The notes under the pieces: model-generated
The model's input: only the letters and a program-made list of their open reading frames with translations
Told to the model about the DNA's origin: nothing
Databases searched by the model: none
In this document: positions 1 to 8,747 of the stretch, in pieces
Position numbering within the stretch: the first letter of the stretch is position 1
How the letters are laid out: each line of letters begins with the position of its first letter
Source of the DNA: Candidatus Iainarchaeum sp.
GTDB taxonomy: Archaea; Iainarchaeota; Iainarchaeia; Iainarchaeales; GCA-2688035
NCBI GenBank assembly: GCA_028713935.1
Contig: JAQTNI010000001.1
Coordinates: 1,464-65,463, forward strand
Reading direction: 5' to 3'
Length of the DNA: 64,000 bases
Program-made: the position numbers and the translations under genes

Positions 1-1035
1 GTAAAATTATTGGAAGCCTCGCAGGCAAAAATCAAGGTAATCGGGGTTGGTGGCGGCGGCTGCAATACAATTGAAAGAATGACAGAAGTGAAAATTGCTG
101 GCGCAGAGACTTTTGGAATTAACACTGATGCACAGGACTTGTTAAGCACGCTTTGTGACAAAAAAATTCTTATTGGGCAAGAGCTTACAAGAGGCCTTGG
201 TTCTGGCTCTGACCCTACTGTCGGGGAAGGCGCAGCAAGGGAAAGCCTTGAAGAGCTTGCAGACTCTTTGCAGGGAACAGACCTTGTTTTTATTACCTGT
301 GGAATGGGCGGCGGAACAGGAACAGGAGCAACCCCAGTAATTGCGGAAATTGCAAAAGAAATGAAAGCCCTTACAATTGGCGTTGTTACTTTGCCTTTTA
401 CTGTTGAAGGAAGAAAAAGAATGGAAAACGCAATGTACGGCCTTAGCAATTTGAGAAAGCATGCCGATACAGTAATAGTCATTCCAAATGACAAAATCTT
501 GGAAATAGCGCCTGACTTGCCAGTGAATGCTGCTTTCAAGGTTGCTGATGAAGTTTTGACAAATGCTGTAAAGGGAATTACTGAAATGGTTACAAAACCA
601 GGCCTTATTAACCTTGATTTTGCTGATTTGAGGACTATTCTTCAGAGAGGTGGAGCAGCAATGATTGGGCTTGGAGAATCAAGAAGCTCTGAAGCAGGAG
701 AAGCAAGGGCACTGGAAGCAGTTGAAAAAGCCCTTACAAGCCCTTTGCTTGATGTTGACATTAGCGATGCAAACCGTGCCCTGGTTAATGTCATTGGCGG
801 AAGCGACATGACTTTGAGGGAAGCGGAAATGATTGTTGAAACTGTTTCAGCAAAAATCAGTGACAATGCCCATATTATCTGGGGCGCAATGATTGATGAT
901 ACAATTCCAAAAAACCAGATTCAGGCAATGATTGTAATTGCAGGCGGAAAATTCCCCTATCTTGACAATTCCGACGGAGTGCTTCTCAGGGAAAAACCAG
1001 GCGGAGAAATTGATTTGGGAATAAAATTCACCTGA
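1..1035 (+). CDS. ftsZ: Cell division GTPase FtsZ (probably 5'-partial; ORF track starts at a TTG at 10)
   Basis: KVIGVGGGGCN glycine-rich tubulin G-box near the N-terminus and GGGTGTG tubulin signature. The reading frame is open to the window edge, so the gene may continue upstream. Confidence 0.9.
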   Translation, partial: VKLLEASQAKIKVIGVGGGGCNTIERMTEVKIAGAETFGINTDAQDLLSTLCDKKILIGQELTRGLGSGSDPTVGEGAARESLEELADSLQGTDLVFITCGMGGGTGTGATPVIAEIAKEMKALTIGVVTLPFTVEGRKRMENAMYGLSNLRKHADTVIVIPNDKILEIAPDLPVNAAFKVADEVLTNAVKGITEMVTKPGLINLDFADLRTILQRGGAAMIGLGESRSSEAGEARALEAVEKALTSPLLDVDISDANRALVNVIGGSDMTLREAEMIVETVSAKISDNAHIIWGAMIDDTIPKNQIQAMIVIAGGKFPYLDNSDGVLLREKPGGEIDLGIKFT

Positions 1036-1124
1036 AATTAATTTGAATTCGGGTTTTAGGGTTTTTACCAATGCTTTAAAAACCTTTTTTAACAGTTTTT
1101 TTGTATTAATCGCTGCTTACTTGC

Positions 1125-1361
1125 TTGCAAATGCAATCAATGGTTTTTTTTATGGTTCAGTTTAATTTTGGCTTGAGAGAAAAACTTTTTTCCTTTCTGG
1201 CTTCTTCAAAAAGAGTGCTTGTAATTGCAAAAAAGCCCTCGAAGGATGAATTCATGGCAATGATAAAAGTCACTGCAATCGGCATAATAATAATTGGCGT
1301 AATAGGGGTTTTTGTGCAATTATTTTTTGTCCTTACGGGAATTGGATTTGCAAAATTATAA
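1125..1361 (+). CDS. secE: Preprotein translocase SecE / Sec61-gamma
   Basis: Small protein with KxxKDEF followed by one C-terminal TM helix (TAIGIIIIGVIGVFVQL). Sits at the conserved position between ftsZ and spt5. The exact start among several Met codons is uncertain. Confidence 0.7.
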   Translation: MQMQSMVFFMVQFNFGLREKLFSFLASSKRVLVIAKKPSKDEFMAMIKVTAIGIIIIGVIGVFVQLFFVLTGIGFAKL

Positions 1362-1391
1362 TTTTTAACAAATTTGGATTAGGTTTTTTTT

Positions 1392-1832
1392 ATGTTGTTT
1401 CCGGTTCGCACAACTGTTGGGCAAGAAAGCCTTGTAGTTGACATTTTGAGCCAAAAAATCAAGGTTGATGCCCTGCCTGTTTACAGCATTGCAGTCATTC
1501 CAGGCCTCAAAGGGTATATCCTTATTGAAGCTCAGGATGAATTGAATGTAAGAAATGCAATTGCAGGCGCCCCCCACATCAAGGGCCAGGGAATTGTAAA
1601 AGGCTCTGTTGACATCAAGGAAATAGGTGTTTTGCTGGAATCAAAGCCCTTAATGAAATCCATTAAGGAACATGATAAAATTGAAATTATTTCCGGCGCT
1701 TTCAAGGGAGAAAAAGCAAGAGTAATGCGCGTAAATGACGCAAAAGAAGAAGTTGTTGTAGAGCTTTTAGAAGCGGCAGTGAAAATTCCCGTTACATTAA
1801 AAGCGGAAAACATAAGGGTCTTAAAAGAATAA
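1392..1832 (+). CDS. spt5: Transcription elongation factor Spt5 (NusG homolog)
   Basis: NGN domain followed by a KOW motif (GAFKGEKARVMRV...). Conserved secE-spt5-L11 synteny. Confidence 0.85.
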   Translation: MLFPVRTTVGQESLVVDILSQKIKVDALPVYSIAVIPGLKGYILIEAQDELNVRNAIAGAPHIKGQGIVKGSVDIKEIGVLLESKPLMKSIKEHDKIEIISGAFKGEKARVMRVNDAKEEVVVELLEAAVKIPVTLKAENIRVLKE

Positions 1833-1855
1833 AATTTTTAGGTTTGGTTATCTAT

Positions 1856-2323
1856 ATGCCCGATATAAGTGTTTTGGTTGAAGCTGGAAAAGCAACTGCA
1901 GCAGCCCCCTTAGGCCCTGCTTTAGGCCCTCTTGGAGTGAACATTGGCCTTATTGTTGCACAAATCAACGAAAAAACAAAGTCTTTTTCAGGAATGAAAA
2001 TTCCAGTAAAAATTTCCATTGACTCCAAAAAAAATTTTGAAATTTCAGTTGGAAGCCCTCCAACAAGCGCCCTGATTAAAAAAGAAGCAGGCCTTGAAAC
2101 AGGAGCAGCAAACCCAAAACAGCCTGTTGGCAATATTTCAATGGAACAGGTTGTAAAAGTCGCAAAAATGAAAATTGATTCTTCTGGCTCAGTAAAGCTG
2201 AAATCAGTCGCAAGAGAAGTAGTTGGAGTCTGCGACAGCATGGGCATTACAATTGAAGAAAAAAAAGCAAGGGAAATCCAAAAAGAAATAAAAGAAGGAA
2301 AATTCGATTCAATTCTTGAATAA
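1856..2323 (+). CDS. rpl11: 50S ribosomal protein L11 (uL11)
   Basis: PLGPALGPLGVNI motif and typical L11 length and order. Confidence 0.9.
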   Translation: MPDISVLVEAGKATAAAPLGPALGPLGVNIGLIVAQINEKTKSFSGMKIPVKISIDSKKNFEISVGSPPTSALIKKEAGLETGAANPKQPVGNISMEQVVKVAKMKIDSSGSVKLKSVAREVVGVCDSMGITIEEKKAREIQKEIKEGKFDSILE

Positions 2324-2338
2324 CTTATTGCTAATTTT

Positions 2339-2758
2339 TTATTTTGCTCTTTCTGCTTTGCCTCTTTGTTTTGCAATTCTGTTTAATCTCTTTGTGGTAT
2401 TTCTGTCATATCTGCGTTCGACGTCCCTGTTCATAATAGGAGTATTCCCAGAGCCAATATTGGAAAGAGTTCTTCGGGTAGTCATAACTCTATCGCCTGG
2501 ACCTAAGAATAAAGAGGTTGCTTTTTTGTCCCCTGCTATGTAAACCTTTTCTGGATCATAGGTTCTTCTTTCGGCGTTGGCCGGCCGAACCATTTGCCTT
2601 GACCATTGTCTACGGCCAGTGTTCACTCCCCGAAAAGTTGCTGGTATTGTCTTGCCTGTAACTTTCAATCGCATCCAATTTATTCTTTGCCCTGTTGTCA
2701 GGGTTTTTCCAACCCGCCTTCTCTGCTTTTCTCTCTGGACTGGGCGTGTTATACTCAT
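2339..2758 (-). CDS. Arg/Lys-rich hypothetical protein, possibly nucleic-acid-binding, encoded antisense between L11 and L1
   Basis: 139 codons, ATG preceded by GGTGATTTT (SD-like), AGA/AAA codon usage matching neighbouring genes. About 20% R+K and no Cys. Local GC is clearly higher than its surroundings. No family recognised by eye. Confidence 0.45.
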   Translation of the reverse strand: MSITRPVQREKQRRRVGKTLTTGQRINWMRLKVTGKTIPATFRGVNTGRRQWSRQMVRPANAERRTYDPEKVYIAGDKKATSLFLGPGDRVMTTRRTLSNIGSGNTPIMNRDVERRYDRNTTKRLNRIAKQRGKAERAK

Positions 2759-3016
2759 AAAATCACCGGATAGATAATTATTGCCTAAGTTTTTAAGCTT
2801 TTCCGATTACTTTTTGTGTATATTAATTGGTTTTGTAAGTCTCTTTTTGAGACCGCAACTACCGCTTTTGGGATTGTTCAATTTGCACCTTGCAAATTGT
2901 TTCTTTTCCAACCTTTTTAAGGGCAGAATTGCTGGGCAATTGCGTTTTTCCTTGAAAAACGCTTCTTTTCCCGAGGCTTTTCTTTCCAAGAAAAGGCTCT
3001 GCGGGAGGTTTTTTGA

Positions 3017-3676
3017 TTGAACAAGAATGATTTTTCAGTTGCACTGCAGAAAATGCGCGATTCAAGCAAGCAGAGAAAGTTTACACAGTCAATTGAGTTA
3101 ATGATTAATCTCAAAGGCCTGGATTTTAAAAAAGCAGAGAACCAGCTTGACCTGAAAGTCGTAATGCCTTTTGCCACTGGAAGAACCAGGGGAAAAGTCA
3201 TTGTTTTTGCAAAAAGCAAGAGTTTTGCGGATGAAATAAAAGGCAAGGCTGACAGAGTAATAATGGAATCCGATATTCAGGGCTTGACAAAAAAGGATGT
3301 TTCCCAGATTATTGAGGCTTTTGATGTTTTGCTGGCTGAAGGCCCAGTAATGCTTACTATTGGAAAATTTTTGGGGCAACAGCTTGCGCCAAAAAACAAG
3401 ATGCCCCGCCCTATTCAGCCAAATGTTTCCCAGATTGAAAGCGCTTTGTCTGAAATGTCTTCTGTTACAAAGGTGACAAACAAAAAGGGAAAGCCAATGC
3501 CTGTTATGCAGGTTGTGATTGGCAATGAAAAAATGCAGAACGAGCAGTTGTCTGCAAATGCCTTTGCTATTTTTGACGCTGTCCTGAATGCTGTTCCCGG
3601 AAAAACCCAGAGCATTAAATCTGTTTTTTTGAAGGAAACAATGGGCCCTTCAATAAAAGTTGGTGAGAAAGAATGA
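3017..3676 (+). CDS. rpl1: 50S ribosomal protein L1 (uL1), TTG start
   Basis: L1 family motifs (KFTQSIEL, GKVIVFA). GGGAGG Shine-Dalgarno 9 nt upstream of TTG. Overlaps L10 by ATGA. Confidence 0.9.
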   Translation: MNKNDFSVALQKMRDSSKQRKFTQSIELMINLKGLDFKKAENQLDLKVVMPFATGRTRGKVIVFAKSKSFADEIKGKADRVIMESDIQGLTKKDVSQIIEAFDVLLAEGPVMLTIGKFLGQQLAPKNKMPRPIQPNVSQIESALSEMSSVTKVTNKKGKPMPVMQVVIGNEKMQNEQLSANAFAIFDAVLNAVPGKTQSIKSVFLKETMGPSIKVGEKE

Positions 3677-4464
3677 AGCGCCATATTTTGAAATGGAAAC
3701 AGGCCCAGTTTTCTGAATTAAAGAAAATTGCTTCGCAGTACAAGGTAATTGCAATTGCGGATTTGACAAATTTTCCAGCAGATTTGTTTCAAGGGGTAAG
3801 AAAAAAATTGCAGGGAAAGGCAATTGTGCGTGTTTCCAAGACAAAGGTAATCAAAAAGGCTTTGGAAGAGGCAAATTTGAAGTCAACTGAATTGATTCCT
3901 GTTGTAAAGGGAAGCGTTGCAATTATTTTTACTGACATGGATTCTTTCGAGCTTTATGGCTTGCTTAAAAGAAACAAGGGAAGTGTTTCCGCAAAAGTCG
4001 GTTCCATTGCGCCCGCGGATATTGTTGTTCCTGCAATTGACACTGGTTTGCCTCCTGGCCCGGCGCTTTCTGATTTGAAGGCAGCAGGCCTTGAAGTGAG
4101 GGTGCAGGGCTCTACAATTGCAATTGTAAAGGACAAGGTTGTTGCAAAAAAAGGCGAGGCAATAACAAAGCCTGTTGCTGGAGTGCTTGCAAAGCTTGAC
4201 ATCAAGCCAATAAAAGTCGGCCTGAATATTGTTGCGTGTTATGAGAATGGCCAGTTGTTCCTGCCAAAGGTTTTGGACATTGATTCTGAACAGGTTTTTG
4301 CGCAGATTATGAAGGCTGTGCAGAGCGCAGTGAATTTGTCAGTTGAAATTGTTTATCCTACAAAGGAAACAATTGAATTGATTATTGCAAAGGCTGTAAG
4401 GCAGGCAAATGCAATTGATGCCTTGGCAAAGGCAAAACAGCCTGCGGAAGAAAAAAAGGAATAA
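3673..4464 (+). CDS. rpl10: 50S ribosomal protein L10 / acidic protein P0 (uL10)
   Basis: P0-type N-terminal domain and the archaeal L1-L10-L12 order. Confidence 0.85.
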   Translation: MKRHILKWKQAQFSELKKIASQYKVIAIADLTNFPADLFQGVRKKLQGKAIVRVSKTKVIKKALEEANLKSTELIPVVKGSVAIIFTDMDSFELYGLLKRNKGSVSAKVGSIAPADIVVPAIDTGLPPGPALSDLKAAGLEVRVQGSTIAIVKDKVVAKKGEAITKPVAGVLAKLDIKPIKVGLNIVACYENGQLFLPKVLDIDSEQVFAQIMKAVQSAVNLSVEIVYPTKETIELIIAKAVRQANAIDALAKAKQPAEEKKE

Positions 4465-4498
4465 TTTTATTTTTTATCAAAAAAAAAGAGGTGAAAAA

Positions 4499-4801
4499 AT
4501 GGAGTATGTGTATTCGGCCTTATTGCTGCATTCGGCAAAAAAAGAAATTTCTGAAGATGGGCTTTCCCATGTCCTGAAAGCAGCCGGCATAACAGCGGAT
4601 TCCACAAAAATAAAGGGCCTTTTGTCAGCCCTGAAAGAAGTGAACATTGACGAGGCAATCCAGAAAGCTGCAATGCCAGTGGCAGTTGCTGCAACAGCAG
4701 TTGAAGCCAAAACAGAAGAAAAAGGCGCAAAGGAAAAGGCACAGGAAGAAGCCAAATCCGAAGAAGCGGCAGCAGAAGGCTTGAGCTCATTGTTCGGGTA
4801 A
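4499..4801 (+). CDS. rpl12: 50S ribosomal protein L12 / P1 stalk protein
   Basis: [12 protein letters not shown]-terminus, Ala/Glu-rich hinge and C-terminal ...GLSSLFG. GAGGTGA RBS upstream of the ATG at 4499; the ORF-track start at 4409 is too early. Confidence 0.85.
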   Translation: MEYVYSALLLHSAKKEISEDGLSHVLKAAGITADSTKIKGLLSALKEVNIDEAIQKAAMPVAVAATAVEAKTEEKGAKEKAQEEAKSEEAAAEGLSSLFG

Positions 4802-5048
4802 AGCCTTCTCTTTTTTTTATTTTTTAAAAATGCCTTGTTTTTCCCACATTGCAAAAGCATTTGCTTTTGCGATGCGTCACAAAGCCCTGCTTTGCAACGA
4901 GGCTTTTGAAAGCGAGCATTGCGAAGCATTTTTCCCAAGGCTTTTTGCCTTGCAAAAAGGCTTTTGCGAGCGCTTCAAAAGGCTTTTGCCTAATTTTAAA
5001 TATTTAAACCAGCCTTAATTTTCACGCGTTACCAGGTTAAATATTGGC

Positions 5049-5320
5049 TTTTATATTCCAGAGGCAATAATTATTTTGGCATTGGTTTTTTTCAGGCTCA
5101 CCGAAAAAAACATTGTACTCAGGCAACTGGAGGTGGTTGGTAGCGTTTCAGCGGCAACCATTTTTTGCGATTGTTTGATTGACTAATGCCAGCTGCAGGG
5201 GAAATTGCTTCCTTGTTTTGGAACGTCCTTCCCAGGCGAAACTGGTTTAATCTCTGTATGAGAAATAGTCTCCAAAAAAAAGCAATTCCCTGCAGTACTT
5301 TATTTTTGAATTTTTTTCAG
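5049..5320 (+). ncRNA. Candidate structured non-coding RNA (unknown class) with TATA-like promoter and oligo-T terminator
   Basis: TTTTATATT at 5049-5057. GC-rich region with two stem-enclosed domains: GGCATT..AATGCC at 5076-5188, and a 16-bp long-range inverted repeat (5193-5210 pairs with 5280-5295). A T-run follows. There is no ORF here. Confidence 0.3.
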
Positions 5321-5911
5321 GATTGCCATGTTGAGTTCAAAAACTGAACTATAGCGAGCTGCTCTTGCTGTCAGCTGATTTGCTGTCAGCCAAATTGGGT
5401 CATTAGGTTGTGCTTGCCTTCTGATTCCTTGCCTTCGCAGGTCCCCCGCTTCTTCAAATGCCCTTCGGTAGTTTTGCCGAGCCTCTTGGGCAAGCATTAC
5501 GGCTTGTTTTGCTTTGGATTCAAGAAAAGATTTTTCTTTTATGGCAATGTCCAGGGTTTCCTCGCCCGGAAGCGCTGGAATCTTCATTTTTTTCAACTCC
5601 CGAGGCGAATTTGTGCTTCTGCCAAAATAATCAACTGAGGTTTTTTTTGCCAGAACTGGTTTTTTTCTGTTAATTGGTTCCTTTAATAATGGTGACTGTC
5701 GGAATCGAGAAATTTGTTCTTCTGGCAAGCCGCATTTTAAGGCAACCTGGGCATCTGTTAATCCGGGTTGCTGAAGCAGCTTAAATGCCCAGGCAATTTT
5801 TACTTCCTTTGGCTGTGTTGTGATGTCTGGATTTTTTGGCAAGACTTTTCTTTTTATTTTTCGCATAATTGCCATTTTAACCGCCTTGTTTTTTACTTTC
5901 AGCCTTTCCAT
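5300..5911 (-). CDS. Hypothetical protein with a possible HTH
   Basis: 203-aa ORF with neighbour-like codon usage. No family recognised. Confidence 0.4.
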   Translation of the reverse strand: MERLKVKNKAVKMAIMRKIKRKVLPKNPDITTQPKEVKIAWAFKLLQQPGLTDAQVALKCGLPEEQISRFRQSPLLKEPINRKKPVLAKKTSVDYFGRSTNSPRELKKMKIPALPGEETLDIAIKEKSFLESKAKQAVMLAQEARQNYRRAFEEAGDLRRQGIRRQAQPNDPIWLTANQLTARAARYSSVFELNMAILKKIQK

Positions 5912-6618
5912 TCTTTCTGGGCTTTTGAGTATCTTTCAAAAGTGTCTGTGGGAAACCATTGGCCTTTGAATTCTTTTCCGAATAACTTTCCAAGGGCAGC
6001 TATTTTTGGAAAAGTTTCTTTTTCAATTGAAACCTTTCCTTCAGGAATTAGGCTAAAAATTTTGTTGGAAAGAATATATGCTCCGGAATTTATCAATGCC
6101 GGCTTGTTCAAAGAAGGGTCTTTTTCAGTGAAGGCGAGGATTTTTTCTCCTTTCATTTCAACGCTTCCAAAGTCCCTTGCATCTGCAATTTTTGTCAGCG
6201 CAATTGTTGCTATTGCGGAATTTTTTTCATGGGTTTCATTCACTGCCTTGAAATCAACATCTTTTACTTCGTCGCCGTTCATCATTATGAATTTTTCTTC
6301 TTTCCCAAAAAATTCTTCTGCAAATTTAAGGGCGCCTGCTGTTCCCAAAAAAGTTTCTTCCACATTGTAAAAAATTTTCAGGCCAAAAGAATCTCCGTTT
6401 TTAAAAAAAGTTTCAATTTGCCCGTGCTTATAGCCTGTTGCAAGGACAATTTCTTCAACACCGAATTTTTTGCACAATTCAATGTTCCACTGCAAAATTG
6501 GCTTTCCAAGAACAGGGAGCATTGGCTTTGCGGTTTCAAGAGTCAATGGCCTTAATCTTTCCCCAAGGCCGCCTGCAAGAATAAACGCTTTTTTTATGCC
6601 AAGCTTCATTTCAACCAT
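5899..6618 (-). CDS. Sugar-phosphate nucleotidyltransferase (NTP_transferase family)
   Basis: N-terminal ILAGGLGERLRPLT pyrophosphorylase motif, similar to G1P thymidylyl- and guanylyltransferases. Confidence 0.75.
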   Translation of the reverse strand: MVEMKLGIKKAFILAGGLGERLRPLTLETAKPMLPVLGKPILQWNIELCKKFGVEEIVLATGYKHGQIETFFKNGDSFGLKIFYNVEETFLGTAGALKFAEEFFGKEEKFIMMNGDEVKDVDFKAVNETHEKNSAIATIALTKIADARDFGSVEMKGEKILAFTEKDPSLNKPALINSGAYILSNKIFSLIPEGKVSIEKETFPKIAALGKLFGKEFKGQWFPTDTFERYSKAQKEWKG

Positions 6619-6669
6619 TGTATTGGTAATTAAAATGTTTTTTAATGGTTTGGCGCAATTATTCTTCAG

Positions 6670-7533
6670 GTGATTTTTCTGCCTTTTGTGGGATTAAGCT
6701 CAAGTTATTTTGCTTTCCAAAACTTTTCAGTTTATGATTCAGTTAAGCGCATAAGCGACCTTGGATTTTCAACTGTGGAGCTCGGTGCAGCGCATTCTTT
6801 TGAAAAAGGCATTTCGCAAACCCTCCGCAAAATAAAAAAGGATTTTCCAAAAATGAATTTTACTGTCCATGGAATGTTTCCCCCGCTGAAAGAACATCAT
6901 TGGTTTAACCTTTCACTTGGCATTTCCAAAAAAAACAAAAAAATTTTTTCTGACATGTTTAAAGCCGCAGAACTTGTCGAGGCAATGTGCGTCACTGTGC
7001 ATCCTGGCTATCTTTCAAAAGCAATTTTCAGGAACAAAATGGGAATGGATTGCGAAAAAGAAGGCAGCCCTATTTCAAAGGAAAAGGCATTAAGGGGGGT
7101 TTGTTCCGCAATTGATTTTGCTATGCAGCTCAGCGAAAAAACAGGCATTGGCTTTGGCATTGAAAACGTGCCACAGATTGTCTTCAAGCCCGCGATTTAT
7201 TCCGCAAAAGATTTTCAATTGCTTTTTGCAAAATTTTCAAAAGCAGGGCTGCTTTTTGACATGGGCCATGCGCTTGCGGAAACCCGCCTTGGAGAAATCC
7301 TTTCATTTAAGAAAAAAATAATTGAAATGCATGTGCATTACAGCAGGCCAAAACAAGGCGCGCCAAGGAGAGATGAGCATTTGCCCCTCCCTTCCGAAGA
7401 AGCAATTGCTTTCATGAAAACAATTCCCCAAATAAAAAAAATTCCCCTGATTTTTGAGCACGGCACAAGCACAAGTGAACAGCAAATCCTTGAAGAAAAA
7501 AAATTGCTTGAAAATTTTTTGAAAAAAATTTGA
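6670..7533 (+). CDS. Sugar phosphate isomerase/epimerase (xylose-isomerase-like TIM barrel)
   Basis: DLGFSTVELG ... HPGY ... FEHG pattern typical of AP-endonuclease-2 / xylose-isomerase-like barrels. Confidence 0.55.
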   Translation: MIFLPFVGLSSSYFAFQNFSVYDSVKRISDLGFSTVELGAAHSFEKGISQTLRKIKKDFPKMNFTVHGMFPPLKEHHWFNLSLGISKKNKKIFSDMFKAAELVEAMCVTVHPGYLSKAIFRNKMGMDCEKEGSPISKEKALRGVCSAIDFAMQLSEKTGIGFGIENVPQIVFKPAIYSAKDFQLLFAKFSKAGLLFDMGHALAETRLGEILSFKKKIIEMHVHYSRPKQGAPRRDEHLPLPSEEAIAFMKTIPQIKKIPLIFEHGTSTSEQQILEEKKLLENFLKKI

Positions 7534-7538
7534 TTTTG

Positions 7539-8714
7539 TTATTTTTGCCAGGCTTTTTTGTAGGCTTCCCTGAATGGCACTCCTTTTTTTGCAATTTCCA
7601 GTGCTTTTTGCGCTGCAAAAATTTCCGGTGTCAATGCACTTTCTGTTTTTTGCTTGTTGACCTTGATTTTTGCGATTACAATTGCCATTGCATTGATTGA
7701 CGCTTTTGTTGTTTCAAAGCTTTCAATAAGCGGTTCTTTTGCCAGCTGAAAATCCCTGTTATAACCAGATGGCAGGGAATGGATTATTGAAAGAGTTTTG
7801 AACAAGCCTGCCTCCACAACTGCGCTTTTTGCCCTGATCAGCTCCAGAACATCGGGATTATTTTTTTGCGGCATTATTGAGGAGCCAGTGCAGATTTCTT
7901 TCGGCAGTTTTATAAAGCCAAATTCCGCTGTTGAAAAAAGCAGCAAATCAGTTGCAAGCTTGTTCAAATCAAGCATTATCTGCACCAGGGCAAAAATAAT
8001 TGTGCTTTCAAATTTGCCCCTGCTGTTCTGGCAGAAAACAGGGTTTTTCTGGGTTTTTTCAAAGCCAAGCAGTTTTGTTGTAAGTTCCCTGTCAATTTTG
8101 AATGGCAAGCCATATCCCGCTGCTGAACCCAAAGGGTTCTGATTAATGGTTTTTTTTGCAAATTCCAGGGTTTCCAAGTCACTTTCAAGGCTTTCAGTAA
8201 AAGAATCCGCCCAGAGCCCAAAGCTTGAAGGCATTGCCTTCTGCATGTGGGTATAGCCAGGCATTTTTATTTTTCCAAATTTTGTGCAAAATTTTTTTAA
8301 TTCCCGGATTAGTTTCAGCACTGTTTTTTTTGTTTCTGAAATTTCTTCTTTGGCATACAGGCGGATTGCAACAAGCACCTGGTCGTTTCTGCTTCTTGCA
8401 GTGTGAATTTTTTTTCCCGCGGTCCCAATTTTTTTTGTCAGATAATTTTCAATTGCAGTGTGGCAGTCTTCATCCTCTTTTTTTATTATAAATTTTCCTT
8501 TTTCAGAAAGAACAATTATTTCTTTCAGGGCTTTTTCCAGCTTTGGCAATTCCTGCTTGTTAAAAATCCCGATTTTTTTAAGCATTTTTGCATGGGCAAT
8601 GCTTGCAATTGCGTCAAATTTTACAATCTTCAAATCAAGCAAATAATCATTGCCGACTGTAAATTCTTCAATTGCCTTGTCTATCCTTCCAGAATCTTTC
8701 TGCCAGAGCTTCAA
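7539..8714 (-). CDS. argH: Argininosuccinate lyase
   Basis: N-terminal KLW... and fumarate-lyase family motifs (GSSIMPQKNNPD). Follows argG on the same strand. Confidence 0.8.
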   Translation of the reverse strand: MKLWQKDSGRIDKAIEEFTVGNDYLLDLKIVKFDAIASIAHAKMLKKIGIFNKQELPKLEKALKEIIVLSEKGKFIIKKEDEDCHTAIENYLTKKIGTAGKKIHTARSRNDQVLVAIRLYAKEEISETKKTVLKLIRELKKFCTKFGKIKMPGYTHMQKAMPSSFGLWADSFTESLESDLETLEFAKKTINQNPLGSAAGYGLPFKIDRELTTKLLGFEKTQKNPVFCQNSRGKFESTIIFALVQIMLDLNKLATDLLLFSTAEFGFIKLPKEICTGSSIMPQKNNPDVLELIRAKSAVVEAGLFKTLSIIHSLPSGYNRDFQLAKEPLIESFETTKASINAMAIVIAKIKVNKQKTESALTPEIFAAQKALEIAKKGVPFREAYKKAWQK

Positions 8715-8747
8715 AAAAAACGCCTTTTGATAAAATAAAAAATAAAA

